Position numbers and translations under genes: made by a program
Assembly: GCF_009914755.1 (NCBI RefSeq)
Contig: NC_060935.1
Length of the DNA stretch: 64,000 bases
From: the human T2T-CHM13v2.0 reference genome, Homo sapiens
Strand: one strand, 5' to 3'
Notes under the pieces: generated by a model
The model's input: the letters and a program-made list of their open reading frames with translations, nothing else
The model's database searches: none
What the model was told of the DNA's origin: nothing
Shown: positions 16,507 to 43,950 of the stretch, in pieces
Position numbering within the stretch: position 1 is the stretch's first letter
Layout: each line of letters opens with the position of its first letter

Positions 16507-16640
16507 ACGAAGTAGGCACCAGGAACTGACTTTTCAGATGAAGAAACTGAGACATAAAGATGCACATCACAGAAAGGTGCAGAGCTGGGATTCAAACCTG
16601 GGCTGCTGGCTCCAGAGCCTGCATTTAACTATGATACTAC
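16507..16640. mobile_element. MIR, right half; the left half (~10420-10482) is separated by the L1 insertion
   Basis: Joining the flanks gives catttactgagtgcc...tcacttaattctcaagagccctacgaagtagg...ttttcagatgaagaaactgagac...agagctgggattcaaacc, a MIR. Confidence 0.7.
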
Positions 16641-17748
16641 CTCCTGCAAAGCTGAGCAGTGGGTCATTAGCTGCCCATGCCTATCTTAATCAGCTTGGTC
16701 TCTGAAGCCACACGGCTTAAAAACCCTAGCTGCGTTATTTACTGGGTGGCCTAAACAAGGCACTTCTCTGAGCTTGTCTTCTCATCTATAGACTGGGGAC
16801 ACCACCACCTGTCTGGCAGGGTCATTCTGTGGTACTGTGAGGAGCTCCATCACAGTACCAACGTTACTGGGGAGACTGCTGTGACTACACTGCCCCCAGG
16901 TGACCTCCTTGGTTAGTGCTCCAAGCTCAGGAACAATATAGATGCTTCCTCACTTTCAATAGCGGAGGCTAAGCAGGGTTTGATCACCAAAGGCCCAAGT
17001 GCACAAAAGATGCAGTAATCACTGATAATATCACCGAACAATTTCCCTATGGACACCTGGGACTACTGACTGCTGCTGGGTCCTAAATACAAAACTCACT
17101 AGCTAGACAACAGAGGTGAGTCCTTTAGAATCCACCAACCCCCAACCAAGATCTACTTCCAGAAGGTTCACCTACAAGGCAGCTGGGCCAACATCTGGTG
17201 AGCTGTGGCAGGAGGTGATAGCTCTTCATTCATTTTGGCTGATATAACTAACATTCTGTCAAGCCCTCTGTGTTTACTTATCAAAGAAAGAGACAGACGT
17301 TGCCTGGGCATTGGACTGAGCCCCAAGGTTGAATCTCTCAATCTGCCACTTGGCAGCAGTGTGACATGAGCTGAAGAGATGAATGATAGCAACGGATACC
17401 TGGTTCTGCTCTTAAGATTCTAAGTGGGAAAGACAAATGCGCAAACACCTTCAAGGTAACACAGAGCTATGCTAAAGGCATGAACCATGGGCTCCAAGAA
17501 AGCTCACTCACCTGGCAGGGCAGCAATGGGCTCCAGAGGCTTCCTGAAGGACTTGGTCTATCTCTGGGGAGGGCAGACTCCAGGGAGAGGGAGCAGGAGA
17601 GTGGTAATAGTTAATAGTAGCAGCATTTATGATGTGCAGTTCCTATTCTAAGCACTTGTCACATTCACTTAATCCTTACTATATCTCTAGTAAGTACACT
17701 ATCCCCATCTTTTGGATGAAGAAACTCAAACAGAAAAAAGTTAAATAA

Positions 17749-18243
<495 letters not shown>

Positions 18244-18248
18244 TGAGT

Positions 18249-18330
18249 GGCTGGGCGTGGTGGCTCACGCCTATAATCTCAGGACTTTCGGAGGCTGAGG
18301 CTGGCGGATGACCTGAGGTCGGGAGTTCGA
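18249..18330 (+). mobile_element. 3'-truncated Alu (first ~82 nt only)
   Basis: ggctgggcgtggtggctcacgcctataatc...gggagttcga, then homology stops abruptly. Confidence 0.85.
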
Positions 18331-18403
18331 CCTCAACCCTCTCCCACTCGAGTGACCCATTCTACCATCTGCAAACCATAGCTGTTGTTAGCCCACCTTT
18401 TAA

Positions 18404-18767
<364 letters not shown>

Positions 18768-19722
18768 AGGTCTTTTCTTAATAATAAACACTGGTGTAAG
18801 TTAAATGGTTTATATTCAACTTGTATAAGTTAAGTGGTTTCTTTACTGTGGGGTTTTTCAGCTTTCCCTAGCTAGTAGGCATCCTGACCCTCCCAGGCAG
18901 ATACGGCATGCCGAGCTTCCCTGACAACAGAACACTGCCCCAGCAAAACATGCCTGGAGGTCTCCTGTTATGTCCACAATATGGCCTACCATACTTTGCC
19001 CCCAAAGCTCCCCTCCTGGTAACACCCCATTTCTCAGCTCCCCTTCTCAGCACTATTTTTTGTCTATAATCACTGACTCCCACACTTCCTCACCTCATAT
19101 CCTCTTACCCCACTCCAGGGAGGCAGCCAGCCCCGACCTTCCACTGGGATGGCCCTTGTCAGGGGACTGTCAATCACCCCAGACTGTACACCATGGTTCC
19201 CCTGACTTTGCCACCATGACCTCCTTCCTGTTCCTCCATATATCTCGCTCAGTCCAGCCCTAGAACCTGCTCTCTGCCTGCCAACACTCCTCCCCTCTCA
19301 GGTCCCTCTCATTCCAGCTTCAGCTTCATCACCACCACTTCAGAGGCCTTTCCTGACCTGCAATCTAAAGCAGTCACGTGACCCTACAGGAATTCCCTAT
19401 AAGGCACATTCATTATCAGATCTTTGTCCCGAAACCAGTCCTACCACAGCTTTTCAATCGCCAGAGTCAATAAAAAAATCTCCTTTTTGACTTATGCCAG
19501 CTGAGGACAGGCTAGAAAGCCTACAACTAAAGAACCCTGATGGAGATGCTCAGACCTCCCCACCAGCAAGATCCAGCTAATCTTCCCTGCAGGTCTCCCT
19601 CCCTTCCAGGCTTGTGTAGGAAACCAAGTCTACAAGGCAAGTGGCAGGACTAGTGACTTGAGGCCTTTAGACACAAGGTCAAGAACCGCAGGGACATGGC
19701 AAATTTCATCTGCAGATTTGTT

Positions 19723-19728
19723 TTTATT
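19723..19728 (-). terminator. PRPF19: PRPF19 distal polyadenylation signal AATAAA (proximal ATTAAA at 19903-19908)
   Basis: tttatt on the + strand ~600 nt downstream of the stop codon; tttaat at 19903-19908. Confidence 0.7.
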
Positions 19729-20321
19729 TCTGCTGTGCAATTAAAAAAAAAAAAAAAAGGGTAAGAGCTGTGAAAGGAAAGGAAGATGGGCTTCCCGGAA
19801 GCCAGTGTCCCAGTGTGTGCTCCCTCCCCTTGACCTTCCCAGTCCCAGGTGCTCCTGGTGCAGACAGACACGGGGAGGTGGTTATGGTTATTGTTTTCTT
19901 TTTTTAATGAAACTAGATCACTGCTTACAAAACCCTGCACAAGCCCTCCTGCCCATCCCCTTCACAGTTCCCTTGGCTCAGCCTCTCCTGTCTCACAGGA
20001 ACTGCAACAAAATGGGTGTGGAACAGCCACCACCACGTCCATTGAACGACAGGAAGGGAGAGGCCCTGGGCTCCGACCCTGGGCCTTAAGAGGGTGACAG
20101 TTCTTCCTTCCACATCCGTTCCCATGGGGCCTGGAGTTGCATGGATGAGGGTGGTCCATGCCACCATGGTTCTCAGGCCACCACTCAGACCAGAGTGAAA
20201 TGATGTGAATGTCCCACCCCACAGAGCCCCCTCCCCCCATAGATTCCCCCCACCCCCCCCCAAACCCTAATTCTACCCCTCTACTGAGATGAGGCCCAGC
20301 TTCCATCAGAAGGGCCAGGGC

Positions 20322-35527
<15,206 letters not shown>

Positions 35528-36271
35528 GGCGCCGTCACCGCGCTCCGAGGCGCCACACGCCGGGCTCCGGGACTAGCTTCTGAGCCTCCGCGAGCCACTT
35601 CCGGTCCCCCGCTGCTGCCGGGACTGCTCCGCGGCGAGCTGGGAGCCGCCAGCCGAGCGATGCTAGCGTAGCGCTTCACGTGGGAATGGGGACAGCCGCG
35701 CGCCACAGCCTTCAGCACCTAACGGAAATTGCCCTTTCCCAGAATGCAGCCGGGCAGGAAAGGGCCCGCCACGAACACTCGGTTATTTCCGGATTGACTC
35801 GGCTCGTTCCGTAAAGCGCCGGAGGATTGGCTGGGGCGTCGGGAGAGAGGAGGCTCGAAACTACATTTCCCATGACGCAGTGAGAATTTAAAACCAAAAC
35901 AATTGGACAGCACTTGTTTTGACAACTGTGCGGCACTGTGCCACGGGACCCTGGTCTTTGAAACCTTGGCGTGCGCGAGAATTTCCCAGTGAGTTTGTTA
36001 AAATGCAGATTCCTCGGGTCTGCGTAGACAGACTGTGCCCCACGCTTTTCTAAGTCAGTTGTTTCTCGGGCTACCCTTTAAGAGACACTGCTGGATGGCC
36101 TGGTGAAGAAAATACAGAAACAGATGGGTACAAGAACTAAGAAAACGGCTAAGAAAGTGTTTTGGTCCTGACTACTACCATTTCGCTCTGTGATTTGGGG
36201 CAATTCACATTGGCTTCCCTGCCCTTTCTTCTTTGTCAAAAGACAAAATCACAACAAATTTAGTTCAAAGA

Positions 36272-36441
36272 TTTTTTTTTTCTTAAGAGACGGACTCTGG
36301 CAATGTTGCCCAGGCTGGAAGGCAGTGGCTATTCACAGGTGCGGTCATAGCAATCATGGCTATCACAGGTGCATCCTGGAACTCCTGGCCTCAAGTGATC
36401 CTTCTGCCTCAGCCTCCGGAGTAGCTGGGACTTAAGGTGCG
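36272..36441 (-). mobile_element. FAM-type (7SL-derived fossil Alu monomer)
   Basis: Retains the 7SL-like gcagtggctattcacaggtgcg segment absent from dimeric Alus; poly-T at left. Confidence 0.7.
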
Positions 36442-36672
36442 ATTCTATAGAATTGGGCAGTGCCTCATACTATAAAATATAATGGTTGTTCCAATGAGCT
36501 GAACAGGAGAACTTGGTTTTATAGACAGAAAAGGACTGAGGAAAACAGGAACAGAGAACAAAAAGCGGATTGGTCATTTGGTAATTTCAAAATTACTTTT
36601 CTTGTAAAGGTTAAAGTGGAGGGGACTTATCATGCCACCTAAAACTTGCCTGTTTGGGAATTTAGCTCCCCC

Positions 36673-36674
<2 letters not shown>

Positions 36675-36716
<42 letters not shown>
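36675..36716. repeat. (AC)21 microsatellite
   Basis: Perfect dinucleotide run of 42 nt. Confidence 0.97.
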
Positions 36717-36718
<2 letters not shown>

Positions 36719-37329
36719 AGAAGGTCGTAAAGATCTTCGTTTCAGCTTATTGGCGTGGAGCTTCAGCAGGACTAACTCTTTTTAGCTTGGTCTGTTAGGC
36801 CTAGCAGAAGAGCTCAGTCCAAACCAATGGCCTCCTATAAATTTCTTTATTTTGTATTTTGGATTTTGTATTTTCTATTTCTCTTCCAGCTCAGATAGTG
36901 TATGATTCTTTGTGGATATCTGTAAGATAAGATACTCTCAGGAATCATGCAAAAGACGTGGTGTGGACTGTAAGGTATCAAGACAAAAGGGCAGGATGAA
37001 CAGGATGTGAGTGAGAGGGACTTTGACAGGTGGGCAGTATTCAGAGGAGAAGGAGAACGAAAGGCATTCCGGAAGAAGAAACAACGTAAGCAAAAGCTTG
37101 GAGAGAAAAATAAAAGTTACAGGTACAAAAGGCAATATGGCATAGTGGCCAAGAGCATGGACTCTGAAGTCAGACTGTGTGCTCAAATCCTAGCACCACT
37201 CAGGTGATTGGCAGTATGAACTTCTCTATGCCTTAGTTTCCTCATCTGTAAAACAGAGGGAGTGATGACAAGGGTAGAACTAACTCACTGAACTCTTATG
37301 AAGAGTTAATATGCAAAAGGGCATCTCAT

Positions 37330-37785
37330 CTCTGTCTTGCACCAACAAAGTAACTTCCCACTTGTTCCTTGCTTCCAGCCTGGCCTCCTCCTCCTAATCT
37401 ACTTTCCACAGAGCAGACAGTGATCCACTTTGAACGAAATATCTATTCATGTTATTCCCCAGGCATTTCATTCATCCAACAAATATTGATTGGGTGCTTC
37501 CTATGTGCCAAGCCCTATTGTAAAAACTGGAGATAGAAAAGGTCAACAAGAAAGACACAGTTTCTGCTGTCTTGGAGCTTACACTCTACTGTGGGTAGTG
37601 GGAGCACAGAGACAATCAACACTTAAGAAGAAAATTCCAGAGTAGTAAGTGCTATGAATACAACAAATCAGAGCAAGGTAGACAGAGGTGCTGGGGATTG
37701 GAGGAACGGCTACTTGAGGCAGGGCACTTAGAGAGTGCATCACTGAGGAGCTGATTTTTTTGCTGAGAACTGAATGAGGGTATGG
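37330..37785. mobile_element. L2 fragments
   Basis: ttcattcatccaacaaatattgattgggtgcttcctatgtgccaagccct...cttggagcttacactcta, an L2 3' end. Confidence 0.6.
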
Positions 37786-39431
37786 AGCAAAAAAGTTTCC
37801 CCTCTGCCCTCTAAAGATTTGCTGAAATTAACTGACAATCGACAGAATAACAGGAGAAAAGGCATACAAGTGTATTAGTGTGTGAGTGTGCACAGGAGTA
37901 ATACAAAATATGAGGCTCAAAGAAGGAACAGGTGGCTGATGCTTACTTAAATGGCACCCAGGAAAGACGGAGATGGGGGAAATGTAGGCAATTTTGAGGG
38001 CTAGCAAATAATTTTTAGGGAGGGCTAGCAAATAATTTTTAGGGGAAATGAATGAGCCCCAAGAACAAACAATGCCTTGGGACAAAGTTCTTATGAGCTC
38101 TGGAGGAGGTGGCAACAAATTGTGGGAAGGTGAGGGGCAGAACTCCATTGTGAACAAAGGTTGTCTTATTATGCACATAAGGTCTCTCAGGTAATCTGTT
38201 AGAGCTCCCATCAGAAGAATAGATTAAAAGTCTCTCTAGGTGTAGTGGTGAGTTGGTGACTTTTAGTTTTTATTCTTCTCCAGTGGTTAATCTTTCCTGG
38301 TTATTTGATGAGTTTCCTGTGGAGGGAGATTTGAGACAATTGCATTTCTTCTGAAAGAAATTTTCTCAGTCAGATAAGGGAACTTCTAGAGAGAGCTTCT
38401 CCCTGTACTTAGGGTGGGGGTCAGGGGGCAAGAGAAGGTTAGAAAGTCCTTGGTTCTAAGGCAGCTTCTAAGACCTTCCCATTTCTTTTCATTCAAAAGT
38501 GCTCAGCATGCTGTAACCTCAGGACCAATCCAAACTGGGCCTACTCTTTTGATAACAGAATGTCATGTTCTCTTGTAGGTATGACAGAGCCAAAACTCCA
38601 AGTCATGTCAGTAGGGCATGCCCAATAGAAAATGCTTTGACATCTAACAACACCCAGAACCAATGATTCCTCCCTGTGGTACCAAGAAGACCTAGACATG
38701 ATCGGAACCTAAATGCTGGAACTCTTTCAGGAGCAAAGGGTCTGTTGACCAGAAAGATCCAGGGGTAAAATCCACCTCAACATACCCGTGTAGTCAAATT
38801 TGACACCCTCCAATCAGACCCTGCCAAGCCAAAATTCCTAATACGTTTCCTTGCCATCTGTATTAGTCTGTTTTCACGCTGCTGACAAAGACATACCTGA
38901 GACTGGACAATTTACAAAAGAGGTTTAATTGGACTTACAGTTCCACGTGGCTGGGGAAACCTCACAATCATGGCAGAAGGCAAGGAGGAGCAAGTCACAT
39001 CTTACATGGATGGCAGCAGGCAAAAACAAAGAGCTTGTACAGGGAAACTCCTGCTTCTCAAAACCATCAGACCTCATGAGACTTATTCACTATCACAAGA
39101 ACAGCACAAGAAAGACCTGCCCCTATGATTCAATTATCTCCCACTGGGTCCCTCCCACAACATGTGAGAATTCAAGATGAGATTTGGGTGGGGACACAGC
39201 CAAACCATATCACCCTCTGACCCCTTAAATCTTGCCCCAGACCCCAAATTAGGAGACAGATGTGAGCCATGCCTCCAGTCTCCTTGCTGGGTGGCCCTGC
39301 AATAAAGCCTTTCTGTTCTCAAAAGCTGGTACCATAGTATTGGCTTCTATGTGCATCAGGCAGTGAGCCTATTTGCTCAGAAACAATACTAAAGCACCAT
39401 ACTTTGGGGTATCATTCTCTGAGCCCCAACC
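37786..39431 (-). mobile_element. MER34/MER39-like LTR containing a second LTR (38512-39385), which in turn contains THE1
   Basis: Right end reverse-complements to tggttggggctcagagaatgataccccaaagtatgg. The inner element runs tgtaacc...aataaa(39301)...gaaaca and is flanked by atgc/atac. Confidence 0.6.
38859..39212 (-). mobile_element. THE1 (THE1B/C-like) solo LTR
   Basis: tgtattagtctgttttcacgctgctg...gggacacagccaaaccatatca; 5 bp TSD ccatc/ccctc. Confidence 0.9.
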
Positions 39432-40684
39432 AGGGGTCATTCCTGAGGCCATGAATGAGGGAGAGAGTTTCTGGCTGAGGAAACTTGCCCGTAAGTCTTG
39501 CACCATCTGGCCCATGCTGACCATCACAGTCTCACTTTATCTTCTTTCCAGCCACATTGGCCTTTCAGTTCCTCAAACATACCCACGCTGGCTGGTTTCA
39601 GAACTTCTGCCTGGATCACTGTCCTCTCCCCCCTCCCTCTTCCCCCTCCTGTCTCAAACCCTCCAATGTAAACTTCAGTCTCACCTTAAATGTCACTTCC
39701 TCTGGAGCCCTTTTCATGGTCCCTGGTTTAAATTTAGTCCATACAGCAAACTGTGATTGTCCTCCAAACCACTTCAAAGAACTGTAATCATTTAATTATC
39801 TATTTATAAGTATCTGATGTCTGGGTTCTTCACTAGACTGTAAACTTCATGATGGCAGGAACCATAATTGTTCTGGTTACTCTTGCTCTCAAGAGTGTAA
39901 GAGTGCCACATTGTGCCTGGCACGTAGCAGGAACTTTATGATGATTGTTGGTTGGAAGACAGGTTGCCTGACAGGCCAGTCATCTCAACTACTGTACTTG
40001 GATGTGTGGTTGGAAATAAAATGGATCCGTTTAGGAGAGGCCTTGAACCCAAGGTGGTAAAACTTGGGTGGTGATTGGGCTGGCAGCACAACAGCATGTG
40101 TTTGCATTTGAGCTATGGAGTGATAACCATACTTTCAGAAGTTTCCTCTGGAAGACACTTACTGGATGGGTTGGAGTGGGACAGACTAGAAGGAGGGAGA
40201 CTCAGTAATTAATTGTTGAACCAATCTTTATTGAGTACCCATAGCGTGTCAGCCCGGCACGATACTAGGTGTTGGTAGTATCACAATGAGCAAAACCAGA
40301 GGTGTCCCTCTACTGGGGAGTTTATGGCTATGATAGCAGGATGCAGGAAAAAGGAAGTCCTGTCAAGGCTTTTCCGTTTCATAAGCCAGCCCACAGGGAA
40401 TAGAAAAAATTCAGGGCACTTGGTTTCAGAGAAACAGGGAGAGTTAAGGGAAAAGAGATATATGCATTGGTGCTGGTGGGTCCCTGAGGAAGGAACTCTA
40501 TGCCTTGTTCCTCCCAGACCAAAGCTGCTGTTGCTGCCTGGGGAGCATGGGGACACATTGGCCAAAGACCCAAAAGAAGCTTAATTTCCCAGGTATCTTC
40601 AGTAGCAATCTGTGTGGATAAGTGACAGAAGATTAGTCAGGGAGAAGTTGCCAGCTTAAACAACTGACACTGATAATTAGATGA

Positions 40685-40990
<306 letters not shown>

Positions 40991-41791
40991 GGATTAGATA
41001 CATTTTCTCCCCCAACTTTGGCCCTATATTCATTTTCCAAAAGGTGTCTACGACCTGAAAATCAAGGATGGGAAGAACCCTGAACTGTCTGAGACTGTTT
41101 CTACTACCCACATGGAAAAGAGAGTTGAAAAGAAATTAATTTGTCATAGAAAAAAAAAAAGGTTAAATTTCTTTCCCAGGAAAGTCTGTGACCTGAGATT
41201 GTTAATCTTAGACATCAGAAAGGATCGCACAAGCAAATGTAAAATTGAAACTGTTAGAAAAGCTGGAAGGTGAGGTTTAGGATGCTACCAGAGCCTGTCC
41301 TGGAAGAAGGACTCTTAGCTGAGGGGCAGGAAGTGACAAGAGCTCAGATGAAGATGGATGTGTCTGAGGAACATCTGATGGAAAGAAACAACTGGGTGAG
41401 GTGACAGATTGGGAGCCTACAGAGTGTGTACTCTAGGAGGAAGGCAGAACTGGAAGGCTGAATGGTTGGGGGTGGGAGGGAAGAGTTACGTTTTAGAGGG
41501 TTGAGTTTGAGAAACAAGTTTTAACATCAAAAGGAAGCTCTCCTATGACAGCTCTTGATGGTGATAAAAACATTCAGTCAGCAACCTGGATTTTTTTTTT
41601 TTTTTAATGTTCATGCTTGTTGCTTCCTTGAAACTTCACACCTACTGTGAAGTGGTATTTTTAGGTCCTTTATAGTTCTTGAACGTCAAGCAATGAAGGC
41701 TCAGAGAAATGAAGCTGTGTGCTCAGGATCACACGACAGGCAAGAGATCACCTCATTCTGAAGCCCTGTTCATTCTCCTTCACGGTGCTGC

Positions 41792-42752
41792 TGAAGCAGG
41801 ATATTGCCCTGACCTTTCACAGGACTCACAACAGGGGTGCCCCGTTTACTCAGCCCGCTGCTCTCAACTCCTCATGGGAGGGAGTACGCAAGTGAACAAG
41901 GCGGGAACTGGAGTGCACAAGCGCTGGAACAAGCCAGCCGTTTTTCAGCACCAGTGGGATCACACTCCACTCACTCAAGATTCACCGCGTTCCACCCCTC
42001 ATAGGAGGGAGCGTGCAGGTGAGTGGGTGCACGAGCCGGAGCGTGCGCTTTTGGACACCGGCAGGAGCGAACTCCGTGCAGGCCCCGGGGCAGTGTCCAG
42101 GCAGAGTGCCTGAGGCTCCTGAAGCCCCAGAGGGCATGTTACAGTGTTCTTTTGGCTCTGTCGTCCGTGGACAGCTTAAGTGTTAACAGCTCCGTGGGCC
42201 CGCGGTTGCCCTCCACCAGCAAGGGCAGAGGGCCAGCGTGACAGCTTTTGTATCCGCACTCGTGGCTCCCGAGCTCTTGTCCAGCGTCCAAGAAAAATAA
42301 AGTTGCACGAACAAATTAAAGGACAAATGCCTGGGATTTTATTGCTGATCAAAGTGGATTTCAGAGGGAAGGTGAGCTGAAAAGAGGGGGGTGGGACAGG
42401 CCGGTATGTAGTCTTCCCTTGAAGTCCAGCTATCTCCAGCCAGATTCGTCTCAGAAGTTACGCCTTAAGCTGTCCCTCTGAAGACAAGCTGCTTCTCTCT
42501 GACATCCAGCCATGGTCGTCCCCTCATCCAGCTGCTTCTCCTCTCTGCCAGATGAGTCTGGGGTCTTTCTAGGCACAGGATGAGGCAGGGCAGAGCCATG
42601 GGTGGCTTAGGAAAAGGCAACATTCAACTGGAAAAACATGGATAGAAGTTCTCACTTTGGGCCATGGTTTCAGGCTTTTTGGCTTGAGGGTGGGGTTTCA
42701 CCAGGGACCCGCTCTTTTCTACCTAGCATTTATCTGCCTCCTGTCCCTATGC
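41792..42752 (-). mobile_element. MER52/LTR27-like ERV1 solo LTR
   Basis: Reverse complement begins atagggacaggaggcagataaatgctagg..gggtccctggtgaaaccccaccctcaagccaaaaagcctgaaacc; minus-strand AATAAA near 42337. Confidence 0.7.
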
Positions 42753-42959
42753 ACTGCCTTTGTGGCAGAAAAAGGAGAGTGAGAGTTGGTTCCTCTCTTT
42801 CTCTGAAATTCTGAGCTAACATTTGGGAGCCGTCTACAGTATTCAGGTATGAATTTTCTCTCTGGGGGAGCGCATTCGTTTTCCTAGAGCAGTGTGCTTT
42901 TAATTGCTCCTTTAATATCTTTCTCTTTTGTGCCTTTTTAGCGCGAAAAGTGTATGGGA

Positions 42960-43950
42960 AGACTAGGTGCTCGTTAGCGGCTCGGTTAGAACTACATTGC
43001 CCACAATGCCCCAGGGAACATTTGTAGCTCTAGAACTACATGACCCAAAATGCCGAGTGGTGGCAAGAGGAGGATTAGCTTCCACTCCGATTTCAAAGAT
43101 CCAGTTTACCCACTCTACAGCCCAGATATAGTCACTTATTTCCCCTTTCCAGCCAGAGACTTCCGTTCCCTGCTGGAACTTCCGATCCCATTCTTCTCTC
43201 GGTGGGAATGCTTGTGGGGGGAAAAAGAAACGCAATAGATAAAGCGGGGCGCATGCGCTCCCGGCACAGGCTTCGATTGTGAGGAAGGCCGGCTAGTCTC
43301 CGAGCTCATCCCGCCTTGCGCATGCGGAGAAGGTAAACCAGCGCCCCGAGTTGAGGCGCGGGTTTGGTGGCGCGTTTCAGCGAAGTCGCACGTGAAGGAT
43401 AGCAGTGGCCTGAGAAAGGTGAGAGCGGGCCGAGGTCGGAATGCGGGGCAGCGCACGGGAAGGGGAGACAGCAGCCGCTGCAGGCGGCACCAGGCGGAGC
43501 CGCGAGGCCTGGAGAGTCCGAGTGGGGAGGGGTCCGCGCGCCCAGCGTGCGAAACAAACCGGGGACCCGGATCCCCGTTGCTATGCAACCGGGGGCGTCG
43601 TTTCCAGGCAACCCGGGAGGCGCACGTTTCCGGGGAGAAGAGGGTTGCGGCGAGGTTCCGAGGTCCGGCAGAGGTGGAGCGGCTCCCGGGCGTGGGGACC
43701 AGGCCAGCGCCAAGCCCGAGCCCCCGAACCCCGACCCACGGCCCAGCCTCCTGCAGCCTCGGCTCGAGCCCTTCGGGGGGCCCCAAACTCATGGGTCGCG
43801 CCACGTTCCTTGCCAGCGACGCTACCCCTCAGCGCTTGGCAGGGGACGCGCCGTTCGAAATAGCACATGCCACTGACACCCTGTCTCCGGGAGGCTGCGC
43901 CCCGGTTAGGGCGCGGAGCGGCAGGGAAGCTGCCCCTTTGCCGTCGCCCT
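42960..43950 (+). promoter_or_regulatory. TMEM109: TMEM109 CpG-island promoter and non-coding exon 1 (donor after 43418)
   Basis: Two ACTACA-n3-CCCA-n-AATGC motifs (42991-43010, 43035-43054), NRF1 GCGCATGCG at 43249-43258 and 43317-43326, ETS ACTTCCG sites, donor AAG/gtgaga at 43418/43419. Confidence 0.8.

Larger units (their letters stand above)
36235..36850. mobile_element. ERV1-type LTR (MER31/MER67-like) interrupted by a FAM monomer and an (AC)n tract
   Basis: Begins tgtcaaaagacaaaatcacaacaaatttagttcaaagat; ends near tcagtccaaaccaatggcctcctataaattt. Confidence 0.5.
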
